Positions 10,743 to 17,173 of a stretch of 64,000 nt of DNA are shown here, piece by piece. The first letter of the stretch is position 1. Each line of letters starts with the position of its first letter. The stretch is from assembly GCA_963621965.1 (NCBI GenBank), contig CAVFGN010000003.1, positions 8,107 to 72,106 on the forward strand. Reading direction: 5' to 3'. A model generated the notes under the pieces. It saw nothing but the letters and a program-made list of their open reading frames with translations. It had not been told where the DNA came from and ran no database searches. Origin of the DNA: Alistipes finegoldii. Its GTDB lineage: Bacteria; Bacillota_I; Bacilli_A; Acholeplasmatales; Anaeroplasmataceae. The position numbers were made by a program, and so were the translations under genes.

Positions 10743-12197
10743 TTAATCCTTTTCTTTTTGAACAGCACTTAAATAGTCGTTATCGCTATCTTTACTTATA
10801 ATAGTCATGATTTTCTTTTCTTTATAGAACATAAGAATGATTGCGCCTAGGCAACAAAAAGCGCATGCAACGAAAGCTACAATTGTTAAACCTAGTTTAC
10901 CAGCTGTTAGGTCATTAGCTTTTAAATCTACATTTGAAGCTCCGATAATAGCTAAACTTGTAAACATTAACATTGCCACAGATTGACCAAGTTTCATTGC
11001 GAAGGTTCTTGCTGCAAAGAACATTCCTTGTCTATTTTCACTAGTTTGAATAGAATCGGCTTCAGCTACATCAGCTACAATTGATTGAGGAATAATTCCA
11101 AGTAAAGCCATAGGTAAAGAGGCTACAACAACAATTACAATACCATAAACAAGTCCTGGTATTTGAGGAATTAAATAAATACAAGCACAAATAAGGTAAC
11201 ATAATGCAAGTCCAAAGAATCCGGCAATGGTAAGTTTTTTCTTACCAAACTTTTTAACTAACTTATCTACAAAAGGATAGAAACAAGCAGAAAGAACTGT
11301 CATTGCGCCCATGAAAACCATAACAAGAGATTCAGATAAACCCATTGAAACTTTTACAAAGAAAGGTAGTCCTGTTTGAAATAGAGTTAATCCAATCCAA
11401 TACATTATATCAGAACAAACAAATACTCTGAAGTCTTTATTCTTGAAAGTTGATTTAAGCGATTTAAATGCATTTGTATTGCTTGGCTTAGCTTCAACGA
11501 AATCTGTTTCTTTAATTAAGAAAGTAGGAAGTAACATACATATAAGTGCAATAATAGCTAAAACAACGAAGCAAATTCGATATGAATTATAGTATCCAAC
11601 TTGATCTTTAAAAAATCCAGCAAATACAAATGGTGTATAAGCTAGTAATGTACCAGCAAAATAAGTAAGTGAAATATATGTAGAAATATTCATTCTATCT
11701 TGTTGAGTTTTACCAAATTCAGAAATTAAAGCATTATAAGGTGTACAGTAGATAGTCATGAAGGTATAGAATAACACAAGAGCTATACTTACCCAAATGA
11801 TGTTAAGTGCATAACCATTGTCAGTTGAAAAGTTAGCACAAAAAACAAGTACTGTAGTTAATGCAAAAGGGATGGCTGCAAATCTCATAAATGGCATACG
11901 ACGTCCTTTTTTATTTTTTGAGTTGTCACTTAAATTAGCTACAAGTGGATCACTTACGGCATCCCAAATTCTACACAAAGCTGTAATTAAACCTAAGACA
12001 GTTAGAATACCACCGATGATTAGGCCTGATGGTAATAAATTTTTTACGCCCTCATTTTGAGTTTCTTCAGTAATTAAATAAAACGAAACTAGCCAAGCAT
12101 TAATGATGCCACCCAAAATAGACCAGCCAAGTTGACCAATTGCAAAGATCCACATTTGCTTTTTTGTTAGACGTTTTGAAACTATATTCTCCTCCAT
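10743..12197 (-). CDS. Glycoside-pentoside-hexuronide:cation symporter (MelB-like)
   Basis: 12-TM-like profile with a GPH-type N-terminus (KQMWIFAIGQLGWSILGG, DAVSDPLVANLSDN). Start moved to the ATG at 12197 (MEENIV), which has AGGAGAG 6 nt upstream. Confidence 0.75.
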   Translation of the reverse strand: MEENIVSKRLTKKQMWIFAIGQLGWSILGGIINAWLVSFYLITEETQNEGVKNLLPSGLIIGGILTVLGLITALCRIWDAVSDPLVANLSDNSKNKKGRRMPFMRFAAIPFALTTVLVFCANFSTDNGYALNIIWVSIALVLFYTFMTIYCTPYNALISEFGKTQQDRMNISTYISLTYFAGTLLAYTPFVFAGFFKDQVGYYNSYRICFVVLAIIALICMLLPTFLIKETDFVEAKPSNTNAFKSLKSTFKNKDFRVFVCSDIMYWIGLTLFQTGLPFFVKVSMGLSESLVMVFMGAMTVLSACFYPFVDKLVKKFGKKKLTIAGFFGLALCYLICACIYLIPQIPGLVYGIVIVVVASLPMALLGIIPQSIVADVAEADSIQTSENRQGMFFAARTFAMKLGQSVAMLMFTSLAIIGASNVDLKANDLTAGKLGLTIVAFVACAFCCLGAIILMFYKEKKIMTIISKDSDNDYLSAVQKEKD

Positions 12198-12366
12198 ATT
12201 ATACTCTCCTTTAAATAAAATATAGTTAGTTAGCTTATATAAGTTTAAACGCAAAAAAATAAAATTTGTATCCTTATATAATATATAAGTAAACTTGAAA
12301 ATATTAAATTTTAATCTTACTCCTTAAAGTATTTTAAACAACTGAGAAATGCTAACTATTTTAATA

Positions 12367-12395
12367 ATTTTATCATATGGTGTAAGCGCTGTCAA
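12367..12395 (-). promoter_or_regulatory. Promoter of the galactoside operon, TTGACA-17 nt-TAAAAT, overlapped by a cre-type operator TGTAAGCGCTGTCA (12381-12394)
   Basis: On the minus strand: TTGACAgcgcttacaccatatgaTAAAAT. The 14-mer fits TGWNANCGNTNWCA. This leaves a 5' UTR of about 160 nt. Confidence 0.65.
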
Positions 12396-12539
12396 TTTAA
12401 TATAAAAAAGCAGTCGCAATTAAATGATTTTTCAATTATATATTTTTTAATTCAATTTTAAAAAAAGTTAATAAAAAGATCAGATATATCAAACAACTTT
12501 TTTGAAATAAACTTTACAACGAAAAAATTCGTTTTGTAT

Positions 12540-12556
12540 CTAGCTTTTAAAACTAG
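12540..12556. repeat. P1: CTAG-bounded palindrome CTAGCTTTTAAAACTAG (16/17 to family consensus)
   Basis: Flanked symmetrically by AAAAAATTC..(12522) and ..GAATTTTTTTT (to 12578), giving about 55 bp of dyad symmetry. TTGTAT and AATAAT abut the core exactly 17 nt apart. Confidence 0.8.
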
Positions 12557-12614
12557 AATAATCTTTTGAATTTTTTTTATATTAAATTATAAATATTTAT
12601 TAATTATTATAACG

Positions 12615-12667
12615 AATCGAGATGATGTTTTATACGTTAAGTAGAATCTCGATTTGTCTATTTTTTT
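12615..12667 (+). repeat. H1: hairpin with 9-bp stem AATCGAGAT/ATCTCGATT, 22-nt loop, then a T7 run
   Basis: Arms at 12615-12623 and 12646-12654 are perfect complements. T-run at 12661-12667. Terminator-like, but the loop is unusually large. Confidence 0.7.
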
Positions 12668-12726
12668 ACTACGTTTTGGCTTATTAATAATAAATAAGGA
12701 GAATCCTTAAAAAATTCGTTTTGTAT

Positions 12727-12743
12727 CTAGTTTTTAAAACTAC
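12727..12743. repeat. P2: CTAGTTTTTAAAACTAC (16/17)
   Basis: The 40 nt AAAAAATTCGTTTTGTATCTAG.TTTTAAAACTA..AATAA is nearly identical to P1. Confidence 0.8.
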
Positions 12744-12877
12744 GAATAAAATGTAAAATTATTTTTAAATAAGTAGACATAATTTGCTTTTCTATGATTT
12801 AATTTTTTATTAAAGAATTTTATTTATTCTGATTTTTACCGAGTCTAATTAACCCCAAAAATATTTTCGATTTATTA

Positions 12878-12894
12878 CTAGTTTTTAAAACTAA
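12878..12894. repeat. P3: CTAGTTTTTAAAACTAA (16/17)
   Basis: The left flank TTTTCGATTTATTA resembles the P1/P2 flank. Confidence 0.75.
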
Positions 12895-13051
12895 ATAATA
12901 CAATATAAAAGTTTTATAATATAATTATAGAAAATAAGTGATTTTTGAACGTACGACAACGTGTAATTTTTAATTTACTTTTACTTTACAAATTAAAAAA
13001 ATTAAAATAGTTTTATAAATTATAATATTTACATTTGATGTTTAAGTTTTA

Positions 13052-13080
13052 TTGAAAGAAATCCATTCATTTGTTATAAT
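13052..13080 (+). promoter_or_regulatory. Strong sigma-70 promoter TTGAAA-17 nt-TATAAT with extended -10 (TGtTATAAT)
   Basis: Spacer counted as 17 nt. Lies 25 nt upstream of the ATG at 13105. Confidence 0.75.
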
Positions 13081-13104
13081 TTAGATAATTATGTGAGGTG
13101 CAAA

Positions 13105-14193
13105 ATGTTCAATCTTGAGAATGTTAGAAACCTTGGCGTAAAAGAAGAAGAGGTAATGAAATTGTTGAATCTCTACCAGTACAAAGGAAAAGATATTCAT
13201 TACGCAAAGCTTCTTGAAAAAGACCAAGATAAGATAATCAAAAAGAATACAAATATTGATATTTTAGAATTAACTAAATTCTTTAAACTAGATATTACAG
13301 ATGCAAGAAAAAAGTATATTATTAAAAACGGCGGAAGTGGTAAAAATAAAGCCGAACAATTCATGATTAATACTAGAAATGTTATGTACAAATTTGTATC
13401 AAATTACATGAATTTTGAACTAGAAAGCCATGAATTTGTTCGTTTTGTAGAAGAATTATTTAGTAAAATTGAAACAGTTAAGCCTGCTGTTTACTACACG
13501 CAGGATTCATCAAATGTTCTATATACTGAAAAAAAGAAGGTATTTAGACGTAACGATTTAGATGCAATGCTTGATATTTTTACTACTAAAAAGAATTCGA
13601 ACGAATATGAAATCACAAATCTTATTGCCAATTTTTATATCGATTTTGTGAATCAGAATATATTCACAGCCCATAATGACATTATTGGTTTATTTATTTT
13701 GTATATGTTATTAATTGTTTCTGGGTTTACAGTTTTTAGATATGTTAGTTTCTTTGAGCTATTTAATACACATTATGGCGAATTTGAGGATGCCATGAAA
13801 ATGGCTAATGCTAACTATGAAGATGGATATTCTAACCCAATAAAGCTTAATAAATTCTTAATTAATATTGTTTTAGAAGCTTATAATAAGTTAGAGGATT
13901 TCTTACATGAATATTCATACGAGACAAGAATTTCTAAAGAAAATGAGATCATAGGCTTGATTTATCATTTACCTCAGGAATTCACAAAAGAAGATATTCG
14001 AAAGGCTAATCCGTTTGTTAGTGATTCAACCATTAATCGAGCATTAGCTAGTCTATCATCTGAAAATAAAATTAGATCTTTAGGAACTGGGCGCTCTGCT
14101 AAGTGGATAAGATTAATAGAAAAACCTACATTTGAAACTACACAAACTACTAGTATATTTGACTTTACAGGAGAAGAAGATGAGAGTGCTTAA
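13105..14193 (+). CDS. Orphan protein with Fic-fold-like architecture, a degenerate active-site motif, and a C-terminal winged-helix DNA-binding domain
   Basis: The only long ORF in 4.9 kb. Start set at the ATG at 13105, with GAGGTG 4 nt upstream (the ORF track starts at a GTG at 13093). Where Fic proteins carry HPFxxGNGR, this one has FTAHNDIIGLF. The C-terminus DSTINRALASLSSENKIRSLGTGRSAKWIRL looks like a wHTH. It has its own promoter and terminator. Confidence 0.55.
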   Translation: MFNLENVRNLGVKEEEVMKLLNLYQYKGKDIHYAKLLEKDQDKIIKKNTNIDILELTKFFKLDITDARKKYIIKNGGSGKNKAEQFMINTRNVMYKFVSNYMNFELESHEFVRFVEELFSKIETVKPAVYYTQDSSNVLYTEKKKVFRRNDLDAMLDIFTTKKNSNEYEITNLIANFYIDFVNQNIFTAHNDIIGLFILYMLLIVSGFTVFRYVSFFELFNTHYGEFEDAMKMANANYEDGYSNPIKLNKFLINIVLEAYNKLEDFLHEYSYETRISKENEIIGLIYHLPQEFTKEDIRKANPFVSDSTINRALASLSSENKIRSLGTGRSAKWIRLIEKPTFETTQTTSIFDFTGEEDESA

Positions 14194-14213
14194 TAGCACT
14201 CTATTATTTTTTT
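14183..14213 (+). terminator. Intrinsic terminator of the Fic-like gene
   Basis: Perfect 8-bp stem AGAGTGCT/AGCACTCT with the stop codon in the TAAT loop, followed by a T-rich run. Confidence 0.8.
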
Positions 14214-14223
14214 CAAAATATAA

Positions 14224-14240
14224 CTAGTTTTAAAAACTAC
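14224..14240. repeat. P4: CTAGTTTTAAAAACTAC (15/17)
   Basis: Flanks TTTTTTTCAAAATATAA / TATACGTATGAATAAA fit the family flanks. Confidence 0.7.
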
Positions 14241-14297
14241 TATACGTATGAATAAATAACGACTTTTCATTTTAAAAACATGATTATATAGTAATTT

Positions 14298-14350
14298 TAA
14301 TCTCAAAATACTTAAATTTAAATTAAAAAAAGTTTACATTTTTGAGATTA
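14298..14350. repeat. Long inverted repeat: 11-bp stem TAATCTCAAAA/TTTTGAGATTA with a 31-nt loop
   Basis: Arms at 14298-14308 and 14340-14350 are complementary. The arm sequence (AATCTC) resembles the H-family arms. Confidence 0.6.
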
Positions 14351-14414
14351 GATATAAATTAAAATTTATTAATTATAACTATAAGCTGATCAATTTAAAC
14401 TCATTAGTTTAAGC

Positions 14415-14455
14415 ATTCGAGATCTGATGTATGGTGAATAATACAGTCTCCAATT
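14415..14455 (+). repeat. H2: degenerate H-family copy (ATTCGAGATCTGATG ... AGTCTCCAATT)
   Basis: The 5' box matches H1/H3/H4 (TCGAGAT..GATG). The 3' arm is decayed and the stem no longer pairs fully. Confidence 0.45.
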
Positions 14456-14471
14456 AATTTTCAAAAATTAT

Positions 14472-14488
14472 CTAGTTTTAGCAACTAG
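14472..14488. repeat. P5: CTAGTTTTAGCAACTAG (14/17)
   Basis: Flanks AATTTTCAAAAATTAT / ATTAAAAATGAAATTTTTT. The right flank is shared almost exactly with P8. Confidence 0.7.
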
Positions 14489-14495
14489 ATTAAAA

Positions 14496-14582
14496 ATGAA
14501 ATTTTTTATATTGTTGTTTGACAGAGAAGAAGAGGCAATTCATCAAATCAGATTTTACTCTCCATTTGGTGATTTAAAGTGA
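14496..14582 (+). CDS. Possible 28-codon mini-ORF (MKFFILLFDREEEAIHQIRFYSPFGDLK) starting in the conserved P flank
   Basis: ATGAAATTTTTT is conserved after several P copies, but no Shine-Dalgarno is present and the other copies stop after 1-17 codons. It may be a relic, not a gene. Confidence 0.12.
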   Translation: MKFFILLFDREEEAIHQIRFYSPFGDLK

Positions 14583-14586
14583 TATA

Positions 14587-14630
14587 AATCGAGAAGATGA
14601 AATGTTCAGCATTTATTATTTGAATTGTTA
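14587..14630 (+). repeat. H3: degenerate H-family copy (AATCGAGAAGATG...)
   Basis: The 5' box is conserved. No convincing 3' arm. Confidence 0.35.
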
Positions 14631-14786
14631 ATAAATCTTTGAAACCGAAAATAAACACGCTCATAGAATGTTTTGTGAATATGTTTATTCTCTTATATTG
14701 GTCAAATCCACCCTGTTTTAGATACTCATATACAATTATAGAGGCTGATTAAGACTCTAATTTATTATAGAAAAGAACTTCGAACA

Positions 14787-14814
14787 ACTACCGATAATAT
14801 ATATTATGTTAACC
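14787..14814 (+). other. dif: dif, the chromosome dimer resolution site (XerC/XerD target): ACTACCGATAA-TATATA-TTATGTTAACC
   Basis: 11-6-11 layout. By hand alignment, 23/28 identical to the B. subtilis dif as I recall it (ACTTCCTAGAATATATATTATGTAAACT), including the whole central TATATA and TTATGT. The right arm is 9/11 to the E. coli XerD arm TTATGTTAAAT. It lies at the point where gene orientation converges. xerD and ftsK are in the window. Confidence 0.75.
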
Positions 14815-14824
14815 AATAAATAAA

Positions 14825-14845
14825 GCCTTAGTTAAGGCGTTTTTT
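14825..14845 (+). terminator. Terminator-like hairpin 10 nt after dif
   Basis: GCCTT-AGTT-AAGGC followed by GTTTTTT. Short stem. No annotated gene upstream. Confidence 0.4.
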
Positions 14846-14918
14846 AAATCGTTGTGGATTTGTATGTTTCTACATGTTCCGTTAATTTATTCAAAACATA
14901 TATATTGCTTATTTCGCT

Positions 14919-14971
14919 AATCGAGATCGAAGAGAGTCCAGAACTGTAAAACTCGATTTCTCAAATTTTTT
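14919..14971 (+). repeat. H4: hairpin with 7-bp stem AATCGAG/CTCGATT, 26-nt loop, then a T6 run
   Basis: Arms at 14919-14925 and 14952-14958. The stem sequence matches H1 but the loop is unrelated. The downstream segment (T-run, TTTTGGC, ATAWAAA, CGAAT) aligns by eye with the segment after H1. Confidence 0.65.
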
Positions 14972-15020
14972 GGCATTTTCATATAAAAAGCGCCATTCTC
15001 ATCACGAATACAATTTTTAT

Positions 15021-15037
15021 TTAGTTTTTATAACTAG
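15021..15037. repeat. P6: TTAGTTTTTATAACTAG (15/17)
   Basis: Right flank ATGATATATGAAAAT fits the family. Confidence 0.7.
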
Positions 15038-15452
15038 ATGATATATGAAAATCCCATTAATTTAGCTGGAATATTTAGAAAAAATAATACACCAATTTGA
15101 TATCAATTTCACCTTTTCTGATTATTATTATAAAACTAAAACTTACAAAAATAATGTAAGTAACTTTTAAAATTATTTTTTTTGTGAAAACCAGTTTGTT
15201 TTACATTTCTATGTTTTATAAGCATCGAATAATATAAATACTTATAATAATAGCTTTCGAATTATTAAAAAAGTCTTCTTATACTTCTGAGAAAGGTTAT
15301 TGAAATAGAAAGAAAATTATGAGTATTTTGTGTAAACTTTTTTAGCAAAAAAACTATAACTGTTTTTGACGATTTTTGATACGAATTATAAAGCTCTTAT
15401 GATTATCAAATTAGATGATCAAAGTTTCTTTCAAAAACATCAAATTAAATAT

Positions 15453-15469
15453 CAAGTTTTTAAAACATG
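15453..15469. repeat. P7a: CAAGTTTTTAAAACATG (14/17)
   Basis: Degenerate copy, separated from P7b by a 28-nt hairpin. Confidence 0.5.
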
Positions 15470-15473
15470 CTAA

Positions 15474-15501
15474 AACCATCTTAATGTAATATTAAGTGGT
15501 T
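15474..15501. repeat. Hairpin AACCA(T)CTTAAT-GTAAT-ATTAAGTGGTT between P7a and P7b
   Basis: 11 bp plus one bulged T, read directly from the sequence. Confidence 0.55.
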
Positions 15502-15512
15502 ATTAAAACTAC
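15496..15512. repeat. P7b: GTGGTTATTAAAACTAC (13/17)
   Basis: The right flank ATACAATTTGAATTTTTTT is the reverse complement of the P1 left flank (AAAAAATTCGTTTTGTAT) with few changes. Confidence 0.55.
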
Positions 15513-16699
15513 ATACAATTTGAATTTTTTTCAAGTTCTTCTTCCTGTACTCAGTTGGTTTATATGTGCATAAACTCTTAAAATTAGTGTCGCTTTCTTC
15601 GAATTGCTTATATGATAAAACGTCTTCTTTTGTATTCTAGATTTACAAAATATTAAAATAAATAAGTGAAATTATATTTATTCGATACGAAAAAAATCCT
15701 CAAATTGAATGGCCAAATTTGAATTCTAAAATAACAATTTTTGAAGAAAATTTTTAAGATAATTTATAATTTCTGGTTTTCGTATTGATAACTTTTATAA
15801 TTGATTTTATACCTTTTACATTCAAGTAGTTTAGATTTGTATTTCTATTTTTGGTTAAATTTGTCCAATGCTAAAATTAGAAATTCTATTAAGATCAACT
15901 CATGATGATGTACAAGAATTTTATCAAATCCAGTCCTAATTTTTTTAATTTTCTTTGATTTTAAGTGATTAATTATATCTCATTTGACAAACTTTCGTAA
16001 CTAATTTAGATTCGAAGTCATGTTAAAAAACAAACATAAATTGATACAAAAAATCGAATTTGGTTAATTATCACAGTAAGACTTAAATTCATATGATTAA
16101 ATATTTGCGAGGATGTTAAAGGAAGCTGTTGGTTATCGTATGATATGCAATTTGAACTCATCTGAGAATTTAATTGAAAATTTATTTTCGTAGCACGTAA
16201 ATATTCACCAGCCGCATTTCGAAACATTACCTAACTTACACATAGTTTAAACTAAAAATTATTAATTTGATCTTCATGTTATTCAATTATCAAATACGGT
16301 TTATTTATTGAATGGAATCAAAAAAAGAATTGTGAACAATTTGCATAATTAATAACGTTTTTGGAGCTAGTTTGAAGCATTTCATTTCGTAAATAAAATC
16401 AAATTTTCTAAAGCATTTAACAGCGGCACACAAAATCTTTCTACGAAAATTAAAAATATAATATTCCAACAAAAGTGAATGTTAAACATTCATTTAAAAT
16501 TTATGTTTAAAAAATCATATTTTTTTGCAATACCAGATTTGAATAAATTTAATCCTTCTTAAGTTGGCCTCTTATACTGTTGTAATTCACTTCGTAATTG
16601 TTAAAAATCGTCAAAAAAGTATTATATTTAATTTTTAAATTTTCTTAAATTGTTTGTAAACTTTTATTATTTTTTATTAAGAGAAAATTTTGATTATAT

Positions 16700-16716
16700 A
16701 TAGTTCTTAAAACTAG
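16700..16716. repeat. P8: ATAGTTCTTAAAACTAG (15/17)
   Basis: The right flank ATATTAAATGAAATTTTTTA is nearly identical to that of P5. Confidence 0.7.
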
Positions 16717-17106
16717 ATATTAAATGAAATTTTTTAATTGCTTTCAGTAAGCTCAATAAAAAATTATTAATTTTCGATAAAATCATGATTCGCAATTTTT
16801 TATAATATAAAAGTAATTTGTTCTCTTCTTCTTTTGTTTTTTAAAAATTCATGAATATTGAAAGACATCCTGATTACGGTGTATATGTAATATGAGCTTA
16901 AAAATTTTATATTTTCATAATAGTTCAAATAAATACCAAAACTAGTATTCAAGACTATATAGAAAACTAAAAATTTTTTATACACTATTTTTGAGTTAAA
17001 ATATTGCTAAAAAATACCCATTTAATTTCACTACTATCATCAATTATTTTTCAGATAAATCATATGTTTATTATAATTGCAACTAGTATATTCAATGTTG
17101 CAGCAA

Positions 17107-17123
17107 CTAGTTTTTGATACTAG
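17107..17123. repeat. P9: CTAGTTTTTGATACTAG (15/17)
   Basis: Preceded by a partial copy GCAACTAGTATA (17079-17090). The right flank TATACATTTGAAAAAAATTT merges into the deoB terminator. Confidence 0.65.
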
Positions 17124-17133
17124 TATACATTTG

Positions 17134-17163
17134 AAAAAAATTTGACCCGTATCGCTACGAGTC
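17134..17163 (-). terminator. Intrinsic terminator after deoB
   Basis: Minus-strand RNA GACUCGUA-GCGA-UACGGGUC, then AAAUUUUUUU. Confidence 0.75.
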
Positions 17164-17173
17164 AAGCTTATAA

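Noticed and set aside
12268-12295. Extra XerD-arm-like half sites: ATAAGTAAACT at 12285, TTGTGTAAACT at 15328, GTTTGTAAACT at 16652, and the palindrome TGAATGTTAAACATTCA at 16476. They could be pseudo-dif or SMC-unloading sites.
   Set aside because: Matches of 9-10 out of 11 to an AT-rich 11-mer are expected several times by chance in 5 kb of about 28% GC DNA. They match the Bacillus arm better than this genome's own dif arm. None has a plausible partner arm.
14456-14470. AATTTTCAAAAATTA and similar flanks resemble the CodY box AATTTTCWGAAAATT.
   Set aside because: 12/15 matches to an all-A/T-plus-one-C motif are common in this composition. The resemblance is better explained as the outer half-site of the P dyad.
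14853-14861. DnaA-box-like TGTGGATTT near the strand switch, raising the possibility of oriC.
   Set aside because: There is a single 7/9 match and no dnaA/dnaN. Gene orientation converges here rather than diverging, and a dif-like site is present. This is a terminus, not an origin.
15535-15680. Minus-strand translation ..FHLFILIFCKSRIQKKTFYHISNSKKATLILRVYAHINQLSTGRRT* looked like the C-terminus of a decayed tyrosine integrase (LGH...TT..Y.H). That would suggest an IMEX or prophage relic at dif.
   Set aside because: Spacing between the putative H and Y residues is wrong: 14 residues against about 10, and 18 against about 22 for the RH-to-GH distance. Upstream frames give no convincing box I or R-H motifs. 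Only a sensitive tblastn/HMM search could revive this.
13141-16832. GAAGAAG (a Lactococcus-type FtsK-orienting motif) appears on the + strand left of dif (13145, 14172, 14526). Its complement CTTCTTC appears right of dif (15538, 16824), as expected for KOPS polarity.
   Set aside because: There are too few sites, the motif is a generic purine-rich coding-strand word, and the polarity is confounded with gene orientation. A genome-wide skew analysis is needed.
16018-16985. The two ORFs in the desert listed by the track (16018-16227 and 16800-16985, minus strand).
   Set aside because: They have no RBS, no recognisable motif, and lengths of 61-69 aa, close to chance expectation. I treat them as non-coding unless expression data say otherwise.
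12522-17127. Could the repeated palindromes and hairpins be a CRISPR array or plasmid-type iterons?
   Set aside because: Spacing is irregular (43 nt to 1.3 kb), the repeats are palindromic with degenerate copies, there is no leader and no cas genes, and there is no tandem 20-22-bp iteron block or rep gene.
14194-17173. The ORF desert as an artefact of an alternative genetic code (TGA read as Trp, as in Mycoplasma).
   Set aside because: A complete RF2 gene (SPF motif) is present and every other gene reads through under the standard code. The desert also contains dense TAA and TAG stops in all frames.
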